A DNA stretch of 64,000 nucleotides from a virus. Taxonomy: Duplodnaviria; Caudoviricetes. The number at the start of each line of letters is the position of its first letter. Within the stretch, counting starts at the first letter, position 1. Positions 1-9,248 of the stretch are shown here, one piece after another. The notes under the pieces were generated by a model, which was not told where the DNA came from, searched no databases, and was given only the letters and a program-made list of their open reading frames with translations. The position numbers and the translations under genes were made by a program. The stretch covers positions 1-64,000 of the IMG/VR virus record IMGVR_UViG_3300020050_014713; one strand, written 5' to 3'.

Positions 1-85
1 GTTCTTTAATCTTTTGTTTGTGCTTTTTTTCACGTTCTTTTGAACCGTCTTCATTATGATAGAAGGTTCTACGATTGTTGCTCAT
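1..85 (-). CDS. hypothetical protein, N-terminal part only (runs off window edge)
   Basis: ATG at 85-83 directly after dUTPase stop; open frame MSNNRRTFYHNEDGSKEREKK... Confidence 0.55.
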   Translation of the reverse strand, partial: MSNNRRTFYHNEDGSKEREKKHKQKIKE

Positions 86-87
86 TT

Positions 88-567
88 TTAACTCTTGTTA
101 GTGCTCCTAATATTATCTCCAGCAGAACTTCCAAATCCCTTGATTCCCCTATCTGTAATGGACAAGTCATTAGCTTCCCTAAAAATAGCTTGTGGGGCTG
201 GTGCTAGTACCCCTTGAGCAATGCGATGACCGCAATCTACGGCTATAGTAGGTCCGCTGCCGATGTATTCTAGGATGATCCTTACCTCACCCCTATAGTC
301 ACTATCAATGGTCCCTAAAGCCACTTTAAGCCCTGTTTTAGAGGATAATCCGCTCCTAGGACGTACTTGAATTTCGTATCCTTTAGGTATTTCAAATGCT
401 AGACCAGTCCTAACAAGCATTTTCCCACCGGGAGAAATAGTAAAGTCTTCTAGAGCGTGGAAATCAAATCCCGCACTTCCATCAGTTTGATACTTAGGAA
501 TTTGAGCTTTTTCATCTAGTTTTTTAACTCCAACAATCAATTTCGACTCCCTATAAAAATATACCAC
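88..567 (-). CDS. dut: trimeric dUTPase
   Basis: Motifs SAGFDF, RPRSGLS, GTIDSDYRGE, RIAQ, RGIKGFGSS; true start probably near 540. Confidence 0.95.
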   Translation of the reverse strand: MVYFYRESKLIVGVKKLDEKAQIPKYQTDGSAGFDFHALEDFTISPGGKMLVRTGLAFEIPKGYEIQVRPRSGLSSKTGLKVALGTIDSDYRGEVRIILEYIGSGPTIAVDCGHRIAQGVLAPAPQAIFREANDLSITDRGIKGFGSSAGDNIRSTNKS

Positions 568-1163
568 AAGTTAAAGTTACCAATAAACTCTACGTATGAA
601 CTATCGTTGTTTATAATGATATCATATTCGTCTAGTTTTCCAAGATCATTTTCAGATTTATGTGTCATTAGTTGTTTTGTAGGTCTTAGAATACGTATAA
701 GCTTAGCCCCATTTTTCCTTAGCCAGATTCTTTCGTCTATAAATCTGCCATCACTTATTACAACTTTACCGCCGTCATGAAGCTTAGATTCTAGAATTTT
801 GCACCAAATTGCAGAGTCAGATTCCCTGAATATTTCAGTTCCAACTAATTGCATCATTTCTCTTGGAGATGAGAACTTAAACTCTTTATAGTCTACAAAT
901 TTATTAGTAGAGTATTGGTTAAAAAATTGCTCTAAATGGCTATGTAGTAGTGGAGTGTGGAAAACTGGTACGTCAAAATGAGCGTCTTTTAAAGTTCTGT
1001 CGTTGAAGTATCTAATGGGTATTGCGTATGTTTCAGATAGAATTGTTTTTAGGGCATCTCCAAAGGCTAATCGTCTGTAGTTATGGTCCCTAACTAGTTC
1101 ATTGGTTAGGGTATCTTTACCAGAACCAGCTTCTCCAAAAAATGCTATAATCTTTTTAGCCAT
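537..1163 (-). CDS. deoxynucleoside monophosphate kinase (T4 gp1-like)
   Basis: P-loop GEAGSGKDT, AFGDALK, REMMQLVGTE, ISDGRF, HKSE. Confidence 0.85.
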   Translation of the reverse strand: MAKKIIAFFGEAGSGKDTLTNELVRDHNYRRLAFGDALKTILSETYAIPIRYFNDRTLKDAHFDVPVFHTPLLHSHLEQFFNQYSTNKFVDYKEFKFSSPREMMQLVGTEIFRESDSAIWCKILESKLHDGGKVVISDGRFIDERIWLRKNGAKLIRILRPTKQLMTHKSENDLGKLDEYDIIINNDSSYVEFIGNFNLWYIFIGSRN

Positions 1164-1482
1164 TAGAGAATTCTTTGTAAATGAGCTTACTTAACTCATC
1201 AATATCTGGCAAATGAAATTCAACAATTTTTGCACATACTTCTTCTACTTGATCTTTTTTAAGTGAGCTGTCTGAAGTTAGGCAAGCAACAAAGAAAACA
1301 TGGAAAATTTCATGACGAGCTACTGGCAATGTAAAAAATGATTTGCAAAAATGGACTTCGTGAGTGTTATCAATTATTGTAACTGCTCTAAGTCCTTTAC
1401 CGTGTTTTTTGACAAAGGTGCGGTCACTCATTATTTGAAATGACCATTTAATACCTTTAATGTCGAAAACTCTTTTTTTCAT
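1156..1482 (-). CDS. small HExxH zinc-metallopeptidase-like protein
   Basis: ARHEIFH motif followed by a downstream EE. Confidence 0.5.
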   Translation of the reverse strand: MKKRVFDIKGIKWSFQIMSDRTFVKKHGKGLRAVTIIDNTHEVHFCKSFFTLPVARHEIFHVFFVACLTSDSSLKKDQVEEVCAKIVEFHLPDIDELSKLIYKEFSNG

Positions 1483-1483
1483 A

Positions 1484-2074
1484 CTAGCTTTTAGACTGTT
1501 CTAAATATAAAATTGCAGATTTTAAATTTTCAATAGAATCTTTAACTGCTCCAATTGCCAAATTACACTTTACACAAAGTAATCCTCTAATTTTTCCAGT
1601 TACATGACAATGATCAATACATAAATCTCTAGTTTCTGTACCATTATTTTTTAATTTAGTTTCTGGCAATTTACAAATTTCACATTTATTTCCACATTTT
1701 AATTTCATATTATTAAAATCTTCTAATGAAATTTTGTATTGCTTTTTTAAGTTTTTTTCTTTAATAATTTTAAAATTTTTTTCATTATATCTTTTACAAA
1801 TCATTTTTTTACGTTCTTTATTTGCATTATTTTTTTTATAAGCAGCAATATACTTTTCTGGAGTTTCTGTTTTAAATTTAAGATATCGTTGTCTATATTT
1901 TTCCTTGTTTTTTGCACAATATTCTTTTATTTTACCAGAAAGTCTAGCTTTTAGTTTGCTTTTATTGCCTATTTTTATTGTATTAATTTTTCTACATTCT
2001 AAGCTACAAGTAAAATGCCTAAAATATTTACTGGTAAATTCTACATTACAAATTTTACAATTTCTAGTATACAT
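1484..2074 (-). CDS. free-standing HNH endonuclease, endonuclease VII type
   Basis: CEIC...CIDHCHVTGKIRGLLCVKCNLAIG; N-terminal Cys knuckle. Confidence 0.9.
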   Translation of the reverse strand: MYTRNCKICNVEFTSKYFRHFTCSLECRKINTIKIGNKSKLKARLSGKIKEYCAKNKEKYRQRYLKFKTETPEKYIAAYKKNNANKERKKMICKRYNEKNFKIIKEKNLKKQYKISLEDFNNMKLKCGNKCEICKLPETKLKNNGTETRDLCIDHCHVTGKIRGLLCVKCNLAIGAVKDSIENLKSAILYLEQSKS

Positions 2075-2949
2075 TATAGAAAAAACAACCTTGGTTGACC
2101 ATTTTCAACCAGTCCACATGCCATTGTCCACTTAGTAATCTTAGATTGGGTGTATTGAAGGGGAAGTGAACTTTCGTCAGCCATAAATCCAACATCCATG
2201 GACCACAAACCAGGGCGATCTACTTCAACTACAGGACGGTGTCGATGACCGTGAACACATGGCTTATTAAAGTGTTTAGCATGGTCAATAGACTTACTTA
2301 GCCATCCATGAACATATACTACGCCGTCAATTTCAATATGGTCCCTATCGGACTGCATCACTTCAACATTCTTAAACTTATATAATTCTTTGTAAGTAAC
2401 AAAGGATTCTAATTCTGGCAATTTTTCACTAATACGCTTAGCCATTCTAACATCATGATTACCTAAAATTTGATAGCACTTTGTTTTTGGAAGCATTTTT
2501 TGTATGGTTTTCCACATAGTTGTGGCATATGCAAGTCCATCTTTAATTTCTTGATGTGGTGTAATTTCTAAACTTCTCGAATATTTTGAAAACGCATATT
2601 GGTCAAGCAAATCACCAATTTGAACTACGTGTGTAGGCTTTTCTTTTTTAATTAAAGCCATCATTTTATTATATGCATCTGGAGAGTGAAATGGAAAATG
2701 AGCATCTCCAATAATAAAAACTTTAGAATTCTTAGAATCCACTTTTAATCCTTCCTTAGTGTAATTTTTCTTATCAATATTATTTTTAAACCGTTTATGG
2801 GCTTTTCGTACTGAATTTGCTGTGGCACCATCAAACTTCTCAGCAATTTCTTCCCAAGTAAGTTTTTCTGAATCTCTTAGGTGCTTCAAAAGATCAAGTT
2901 CAACCTGGGACCAAACATGCTTACTTAATTGTTTCAATGGTTTCTCCAT
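2074..2949 (-). CDS. calcineurin-like metallophosphoesterase with N-terminal Myb/HTH-like domain
   Basis: GDAH, GDLLD, GNHD, HG, HGHRH; N-terminal W...LTWEEIAEKF...SVR helix pattern. Confidence 0.85.
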   Translation of the reverse strand: MEKPLKQLSKHVWSQVELDLLKHLRDSEKLTWEEIAEKFDGATANSVRKAHKRFKNNIDKKNYTKEGLKVDSKNSKVFIIGDAHFPFHSPDAYNKMMALIKKEKPTHVVQIGDLLDQYAFSKYSRSLEITPHQEIKDGLAYATTMWKTIQKMLPKTKCYQILGNHDVRMAKRISEKLPELESFVTYKELYKFKNVEVMQSDRDHIEIDGVVYVHGWLSKSIDHAKHFNKPCVHGHRHRPVVEVDRPGLWSMDVGFMADESSLPLQYTQSKITKWTMACGLVENGQPRLFFL

Positions 2950-2962
2950 AAGTATCTAATTA

Positions 2963-2991
2963 ATGGTACTATGTTAATATGCGGTTGTCAA
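2963..2991 (-). promoter_or_regulatory. sigma70-type promoter
   Basis: TTGACA-N17-TACCAT upstream of the phosphoesterase gene. Confidence 0.6.
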
Positions 2992-2996
2992 ATATA

Positions 2997-5450
2997 TCAA
3001 TGCCCATCTCGTAAATTGGTTGCTATTTGTGGGACAGCTACCAATGGAACCGATAATAAATTAGTTGTTTCCATACATCTTTGAACAATTTCGCACACTT
3101 CAGAAACACATTTACTATTAGTTGTGACTACTACCTGATCATGGACCGCAAGACTAATCCAGGCATCTAGATTTTTTTGCATAAATTCTTTTGATGCTGC
3201 AATCATGGCTTGGTTAATTACACTAGTTGCTGCTGATTGAATGGGAAAATTAAGAGCGTTATTTAGTAGGTTGTTGTATTCTTTACGGATTCTTTTAAGT
3301 TCTTCCATAGGAACTCGCTTGTTTTTTGAAATGGCAAATAGTTTTTTATAGTCCAAAATATCGTCGCCAAAGAAATCATAAATTTTTTTAGCTTTTGGTA
3401 AGTGACGAACTCTTCCAAACTTTGAAGTTACCGTGCCAGTTGTTTTTGCACTACTTAAATATTGATCCATTTTAGTCTTTAAATTTGGAAAAGCTTTAAA
3501 ATAGTTATCAATAATAGCTTGAGCTTCTTCTTCTTCGATATTCAGAGTTTTTGCAAGTTTAAAACTTTTCATTCCAAATCGAATTCCAAGTGCATACGGC
3601 TTTGCTTGCTGACGTATTTCTGGATATTTCTTTTTTAAAAAATTATCAGCTTTTTTATCAGCACTTACATCTTTTAACCCAAGTGCCATAATGGCTACTA
3701 CAGAATAAATATCTAAGTTTTTTGTAAAAATTTCCAGCAATGATTTGTCTCCGCCGTCATCAGCAAATACACGAGGTTCTAGAGATTCATAATCATCGTC
3801 AATAAATTTATAGCCCTCTGGAGCAATAAATATTTCTCTAATTTTATTAGTATAGTCTAGTACTAGTGGACTTAGTCCGCTCTCTTCGTCCTTAGGTCTA
3901 GTAAGCTGCTGTAGATCGCTTCCGTATCGTCCGGAAGTAGTGGCGTGTTGTTTAAATTGAGGATAAAAAATCCCATTCTCGTGGTTTTCTAGGAATCTGT
4001 CTACATAAGCACTCTTTATCTTACTAAGTTTATTGTAATCGATAAGCTTAGCAATCCAACTATACTTGTCTTTTAGAGAAAGTAATAGTATTTCATTTAC
4101 TTGTGGAGTGCCTTTTTCAGTTTCACTAATGGCTTCCTCCCCCATGCCATCAAAAATAATCTTAGCTAAATGATGTTTACTAGTAATGTTAACTAGCTCT
4201 TTACCTTGGTTTTGCTTATTATGTATGAAATTTTGAATATTCTCAGTTTCTTTTGCGGTTAACTGTGTTAAATCCCCCAACAAGAAACTACGAACTCTCT
4301 CATCCTCAATAGCATTAACGTTTTTTACAGTAATACTGTACTTGCCACTTGCTAGTTTTGGCACAGAAATTCCAAAGAACTCCACCACTCCCTGTGCAAA
4401 AGTCCCTTTATTAGAAACTGGATATTCTTCGTTCAAATAGTCCTTAATAAACTTCTTGCTATATGGTGCTATTTCAGCTTGTACTTCCTTTTCCAGCCTA
4501 AATAGATCCTTACTAATCGACTCATTCATAGTGTTCAGTAGGTTTAGATCTACGTGAACTCCTTTTTCTTCCATTGTAATGGTCACTAGTTTGTATAGCG
4601 GCATTACTTCTCGGTTATAGAAAAAGTCCCTTAAGTCGTCTGTTAACTGGGTTTCCAGATAGTGGAATAGTCGCAAAGTAATATCTACGTCGGCGCAGCA
4701 ATACTTTCCAATAATATCTACATTGCCTTTATAAATTTCTTTATCCGATTTTAGCCATTTTCCCCCGGCTTCTACTACACTTTGCTCTAGTTCTAGCTGC
4801 TCTTGGTTAGCAGCATCCTGGCTATCCAAGCCTAGTTCTACGCTATACTTAATTGCCAACGTTTTAAGACCAAAATCACTTTCCTCATCTAGTGTGTGCT
4901 GCAACATAACTGTATCAGCATAGATACTTTCCTTTAGATCTACTCCAAAATTAGACTTTGTTACTCGGCAGTCAAAAGAAGCATTGTGCATAATAAGCTT
5001 TTTAGTCTTAAGCTTATTTAAAATTTCCAAATGAGTAGCAGCAGCAACACCTACTGGAATCAACTTGTCTTGTTCCCAGCTTAGAATGGGCAAGTAAAAG
5101 CCAATGCCCTTATCCACACCCACTGCATAGCCAATTACTTTATCTTTGCGAACGTTAAGCCCGGTAGTTTCTGTATCGTAGGCTACGTAATCATACAAAT
5201 CTAACTGAGCAAGAACCTCTTTTGCAGATTCTTCTGTATAACACATGTTATACAGTTTTTCACCGGGAGCTACAGTTAATTTTTTTGCAACAGACTTTGG
5301 CTTAATATACTGTCGAACAATCTTTTCATACTTCTTGCTTACTGAAACCTCTTGATTGTTCAAATAAATTTTACCATCAAGCTCAAAAGCCCCGTGCTTC
5401 TTTGCTTCTTGGATAAAAGTATTTAAATTTGAGGCAGTTTCAATTAGCAT
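2997..5450 (-). CDS. polA: family A DNA polymerase with 3'-5' exonuclease
   Basis: Exo DTETTG, HNASFD, YCCADV; motif A DYESLEPR; motif B RQQAKPYALGIRFG; motif C VHDQ. Confidence 0.95.
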   Translation of the reverse strand: MLIETASNLNTFIQEAKKHGAFELDGKIYLNNQEVSVSKKYEKIVRQYIKPKSVAKKLTVAPGEKLYNMCYTEESAKEVLAQLDLYDYVAYDTETTGLNVRKDKVIGYAVGVDKGIGFYLPILSWEQDKLIPVGVAAATHLEILNKLKTKKLIMHNASFDCRVTKSNFGVDLKESIYADTVMLQHTLDEESDFGLKTLAIKYSVELGLDSQDAANQEQLELEQSVVEAGGKWLKSDKEIYKGNVDIIGKYCCADVDITLRLFHYLETQLTDDLRDFFYNREVMPLYKLVTITMEEKGVHVDLNLLNTMNESISKDLFRLEKEVQAEIAPYSKKFIKDYLNEEYPVSNKGTFAQGVVEFFGISVPKLASGKYSITVKNVNAIEDERVRSFLLGDLTQLTAKETENIQNFIHNKQNQGKELVNITSKHHLAKIIFDGMGEEAISETEKGTPQVNEILLLSLKDKYSWIAKLIDYNKLSKIKSAYVDRFLENHENGIFYPQFKQHATTSGRYGSDLQQLTRPKDEESGLSPLVLDYTNKIREIFIAPEGYKFIDDDYESLEPRVFADDGGDKSLLEIFTKNLDIYSVVAIMALGLKDVSADKKADNFLKKKYPEIRQQAKPYALGIRFGMKSFKLAKTLNIEEEEAQAIIDNYFKAFPNLKTKMDQYLSSAKTTGTVTSKFGRVRHLPKAKKIYDFFGDDILDYKKLFAISKNKRVPMEELKRIRKEYNNLLNNALNFPIQSAATSVINQAMIAASKEFMQKNLDAWISLAVHDQVVVTTNSKCVSEVCEIVQRCMETTNLLSVPLVAVPQIATNLRDGH

Positions 5451-7441
5451 TAAAACCCCATGAATCCAGATTTATTATCAGCTTTTTCTTGTTGCTTATC
5501 CTCTTTAAGTCTATCTCGAAGATTCTTAAGATTAATTTTACCAATTGCATCTAGCGGTTTAATTTTACCAGTAGGTCCGTGCCACTTGAAATCCATAGCA
5601 CCTAATTTACCTAATCTATTTTTGACTACATTCATTCCCATAAAAATATCTCCATCAGGATTTTCTGATGAAATACCTGGTCTATGCAATGTTATCATAG
5701 AAGTAACAGCTTGAGCAATAGAGCTACTACCTTTAGCGCACGAATAACTAGTCAAAGGTTCGTTTGGTTTACTGGATACTTTATTAGGTTGTAGCAAAAT
5801 AAATACACACTTGTTCATTTCATTGGCAATTTCTCGTAGCCCTTGAATAGTTTCCGCACTAGCTTGAGTAGGATCACTAAACTGAGACAATACTAGCTCA
5901 CTATAATCAATTACAATAACAGGAATAGACCTGCCAAGCATCAACTCACGTTGAATGATAGACTTCTTAATGTCTTTAATGGTTTGACCACTTTTAAATA
6001 GAAATGTGGTATTTTCGTAGTTCTTTTCTAAAGAGTTTTGATATTGAGAAATTACTCCCAAATCTCCATCCCTAATAGCTTTATAAATTACCTCTTCTTC
6101 TAGTCCTGTTTCTCGCTGTACTAGTTTTTGAAATAGAGTAGATTCTCCCATATCATAACTAAACAACATATTATCAATACCAGCAACGCTGTTGTTGCTA
6201 ATAATTTCCAAAGCAAGACTTGTTTTACCAACACCTGGAGGTGCTAGAATAGCAATCAAATGCTGTGTTTTAGCCTTAATGATATCATCAAGTTCTTTAA
6301 GTCCAGTTTTAATAGAGTTCTTATCCGCGTTTTTTGCGTACTCAACAAAAGAAAAGAAACCTTCCCTGGCAGATACGATTTTAGCATCTGCTGTTGTATC
6401 TGTAAGTGGAATTTTGTTAGCTTTAGCATATTTATAAAGCCAGCTAGTTGGGTCACTAACTGTATACTGTCCGCCACGCCAATGTGGACCATATACTTGA
6501 GAAATAATATTGGTCCAGATTTCTTCTTTGGTAAACGGGCTGGCGGCTTTGCCTTTGATAGCTTCTTGTTTTTCTACAATAGATTTCAGTAGGCGGTGTG
6601 TGTCTTCTTTGTCAAACCCTAGATTCTTGTAAGTAGCTGCCATGCACATTAAAGCATGACTGCGTTCTCCTTGAGAAAAGAATCCTTTAAAAATTGCATA
6701 CCTTGCGTTATCTAGGAATGGCGGCTTATCTTCGAAATTTAGCCCATCTAGTTCAGTAGTAAGCACCTCTACTGATTCTCGCACAATTTCTTTTGGAAGT
6801 TTATTCTTTAATGCTAGAACTTTGTTTGACAGGTCCGCTACTTTGAATTGGCTAATAATACTCTTAACGTTTGTGTTTGTTAAGGTTTTGGCTTTTTCTT
6901 TAATCTCATCAATAGACAAGGTATTTAGCTCATCTAGGGTCAGGTACCTGCAAAATAGCCCGGTGGATGGATGTTTTGTGTGAGGTACCCGCAATACCTG
7001 GTTACAATCGTACATGCTAGTGTCAAAGCCTGCCAAATCCTCGGCAACACTACTACAAATTGATTCTACTTCCCTTGGGGTAAATACTTGATTAGTATCT
7101 ACTACTAGATGAAACCCTTTGTTTCCGCTAAAAGTAATTTGAAAACTGGAAGGGTCTACTTCTAGGTTTTGAAGACGTTCGCAAATAGTTACTAAACTAG
7201 CTCTTGCTTGCTCTAGGTTTTCTTTATTATCAATATCAAACCATAGCTTATTTGTAGTTAGGTTTGTTAGCCCAGCTACGCTATGCTGTTTGTCAAAATG
7301 TTCTTTATGTTGTTCATTGTAGTTATAAAGACTATAAAAATATGGAACAGACCTGTTTTTTACAGCGTCTTGTAGGAAATCTGTTTTTGAAATTAAACGT
7401 GCTTTAGAGAATCCGTTTTCAGTTAAACGAACATATTCCAT
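5450..7441 (-). CDS. AEP primase fused to DnaB/SF4-like helicase
   Basis: WFDID, FSGNKGFH, LRVPHTKH; Walker A APPGVGKT, VIVIDY, KNRLG. Confidence 0.9.
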   Translation of the reverse strand: MEYVRLTENGFSKARLISKTDFLQDAVKNRSVPYFYSLYNYNEQHKEHFDKQHSVAGLTNLTTNKLWFDIDNKENLEQARASLVTICERLQNLEVDPSSFQITFSGNKGFHLVVDTNQVFTPREVESICSSVAEDLAGFDTSMYDCNQVLRVPHTKHPSTGLFCRYLTLDELNTLSIDEIKEKAKTLTNTNVKSIISQFKVADLSNKVLALKNKLPKEIVRESVEVLTTELDGLNFEDKPPFLDNARYAIFKGFFSQGERSHALMCMAATYKNLGFDKEDTHRLLKSIVEKQEAIKGKAASPFTKEEIWTNIISQVYGPHWRGGQYTVSDPTSWLYKYAKANKIPLTDTTADAKIVSAREGFFSFVEYAKNADKNSIKTGLKELDDIIKAKTQHLIAILAPPGVGKTSLALEIISNNSVAGIDNMLFSYDMGESTLFQKLVQRETGLEEEVIYKAIRDGDLGVISQYQNSLEKNYENTTFLFKSGQTIKDIKKSIIQRELMLGRSIPVIVIDYSELVLSQFSDPTQASAETIQGLREIANEMNKCVFILLQPNKVSSKPNEPLTSYSCAKGSSSIAQAVTSMITLHRPGISSENPDGDIFMGMNVVKNRLGKLGAMDFKWHGPTGKIKPLDAIGKINLKNLRDRLKEDKQQEKADNKSGFMGF

Positions 7442-7457
7442 TAAATTCTCCAGAGGT

Positions 7458-7489
7458 AAAAGAAGCCTCCTAGTGTTTAGCTAGGAGGC
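7458..7489 (-). terminator. intrinsic terminator
   Basis: Perfect 9-bp stem GCCTCCTAG/CTAGGAGGC followed by TTCTTTT on the minus strand. Confidence 0.8.
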
Positions 7490-7509
7490 GTATATAAGAA
7501 AACTAGTGA

Positions 7510-7797
7510 CTAGGATTCTACAGACAAGGTAAGTTCGCCCTTAATAAAAGCGATGCGTTCCTTGCGTACTGCAGCTTCCTCCTCACTTAGTGTACCATTA
7601 GCAACTAGCTTGTCAATGGGTGCCCGAGGGTCTTGGGGAAATAGTGTACTTTGTTCATTTAGGTCAACAACTGTACCATCATTAAGCTCTACAGTAATGG
7701 ATTTAACCCCATACTTACCTAGCTTAGGCTTGACGTAAGTAGTCTTACCATCCTTAGAAATTAGACTTTGGAACAGGGTGTAGGTCTTCTTAGCCAT
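7510..7797 (-). CDS. hypothetical protein (position suggests an ssDNA-binding protein)
   Basis: Start at MAKK with AAGGAG RBS; lies between annealing protein and primase; followed by a terminator. Confidence 0.6.
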   Translation of the reverse strand: MAKKTYTLFQSLISKDGKTTYVKPKLGKYGVKSITVELNDGTVVDLNEQSTLFPQDPRAPIDKLVANGTLSEEEAAVRKERIAFIKGELTLSVES

Positions 7798-7807
7798 TTG
7801 TTTCTCC

Positions 7808-8365
7808 TTAGAAACCGTTTGAGTTATTGACAGAACTTGGTTTATTAGCAAATGAAGCTGGTTTTTTTACGTCAGCAGGTTTGGCAGCTACTGCTGGAGA
7901 CGCCACTGCTTTAACAGCAGGCTTGGTTTTAGAGGGGGGCTTAACATTGCCTTTAAATACCTCGTTAGCTACGCCTAGAGTAGCAGCACCTTTAGATAGT
8001 GCATCGGTACGAGCACCTTTGTAGGCATCTCCAAGATTCTTCTTATCTACTGAAAACCCAACTGTTTCAACGTAATGGTTTAGAGTATCTGTAAAGCCTT
8101 CTGGACGTTCACAAAACCGATCAAAGAAAATGGATAGGCGACCTAGATAAAGCACTCCACCTTCTTCCTGAGGCTGCCAAGAACCTTCCAAACGCCAACC
8201 ATTAACACCACACACATTATTAAGGCGTTCTACAATGTATTGTGCTTTAACACTGGTTAGGTCAAATCCTCGGCTATTGTCAGTGGACAAGGCTTCTTCT
8301 CCAAATGCCTCCAACAATTCTTGGTAGGCTTGGTCAACGGTTTTTAGTTTTTTTACATTACTCAT
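7808..8365 (-). CDS. Rad52/Sak-like single-strand annealing protein
   Basis: VKAQYIVERLNNVCGVNGW, DAYKGARTDALSKGA...GV; low-complexity tail. Confidence 0.85.
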   Translation of the reverse strand: MSNVKKLKTVDQAYQELLEAFGEEALSTDNSRGFDLTSVKAQYIVERLNNVCGVNGWRLEGSWQPQEEGGVLYLGRLSIFFDRFCERPEGFTDTLNHYVETVGFSVDKKNLGDAYKGARTDALSKGAATLGVANEVFKGNVKPPSKTKPAVKAVASPAVAAKPADVKKPASFANKPSSVNNSNGF

Positions 8366-8880
8366 TACAGTTTTCCTCCTGGAATTTTATTATAATTAGA
8401 AAGACTTTGATGATCGGTATACTTCTGAAAACTTTTATATTCATCTTCAAAAGCTTCAAAATTAATGCTATAGCCCTTAGGTAGATGTGGAGTAGTTTTA
8501 TCAATCAACTTTTCAGCAGGTTCTATAAAATTAATCACATGGGAGTCATCAAAATAAAGCTGTCCAGAACAGTAATAGTTATCTTCCTGGACTTTATATG
8601 TAATTTCATTTAAAGTTTTTAATAGTTCTGAACAATGATTAGTAGCTCGGGTTTTAAAATTAAATGCGTGATCATACTCTTGGTAAATAGTATCAACGGT
8701 CTTTTTCTTGCTCCAATTATCAAAGTAAAACTGAGCGTCAATACTTTTAGAATTTACTGTAAAAGAAAATACTACATTTTCCATGTCTTTAAATTCATTA
8801 ACTTCAAAACCACTGTATTCTGGTCCAAATTTTTCTTTGCATAATTTGTTAACTTCTAAAATTTCTTGATAAATTTTCAT
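8365..8880 (-). CDS. hypothetical protein
   Basis: Coupled to neighbours; no motif recognised. Confidence 0.65.
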   Translation of the reverse strand: MKIYQEILEVNKLCKEKFGPEYSGFEVNEFKDMENVVFSFTVNSKSIDAQFYFDNWSKKKTVDTIYQEYDHAFNFKTRATNHCSELLKTLNEITYKVQEDNYYCSGQLYFDDSHVINFIEPAEKLIDKTTPHLPKGYSINFEAFEDEYKSFQKYTDHQSLSNYNKIPGGKL

Positions 8881-9248
8881 GATTCCTCCATTAGCAACTT
8901 GCTTTTATAAACAAATTTTTGATACTCACGAATAGCATCAGACTTGTATTTACAATCTTCAGAATGAAACCGCTTACAGAACGCTCCTTCTGTAGTGGCT
9001 TTGTTTGGGTCGTAAGCAAACTCAATAACTCCCCACTGTCCGTTAATCTGAGCAATTCCAAACGCTTCACGCATGTTAGCCGGGGTTTCTTGTGCAGCTT
9101 CAAGCTTTAGCTCTACCTTAACATCGTAAACGTGCTTATCACTCATATTATTCATATGACTAGTGTATGGAATAGCAAGTTTAGTACAGATTTCTAGAAT
9201 GTCATCAGGCTTTAGATTCAACTCTTTAGCCAACTCATAAACTTTCAT
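8877..9248 (-). CDS. protein with translation initiation factor IF2 N-terminal-like domain
   Basis: MKVYELAKELNLKPDDILEICTKLAIPYTSHMNNMSD follows the IF2-N pattern (VYELAKEL...L..L..LGI...SH...L.D). Confidence 0.75.
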   Translation of the reverse strand: MKVYELAKELNLKPDDILEICTKLAIPYTSHMNNMSDKHVYDVKVELKLEAAQETPANMREAFGIAQINGQWGVIEFAYDPNKATTEGAFCKRFHSEDCKYKSDAIREYQKFVYKSKLLMEES

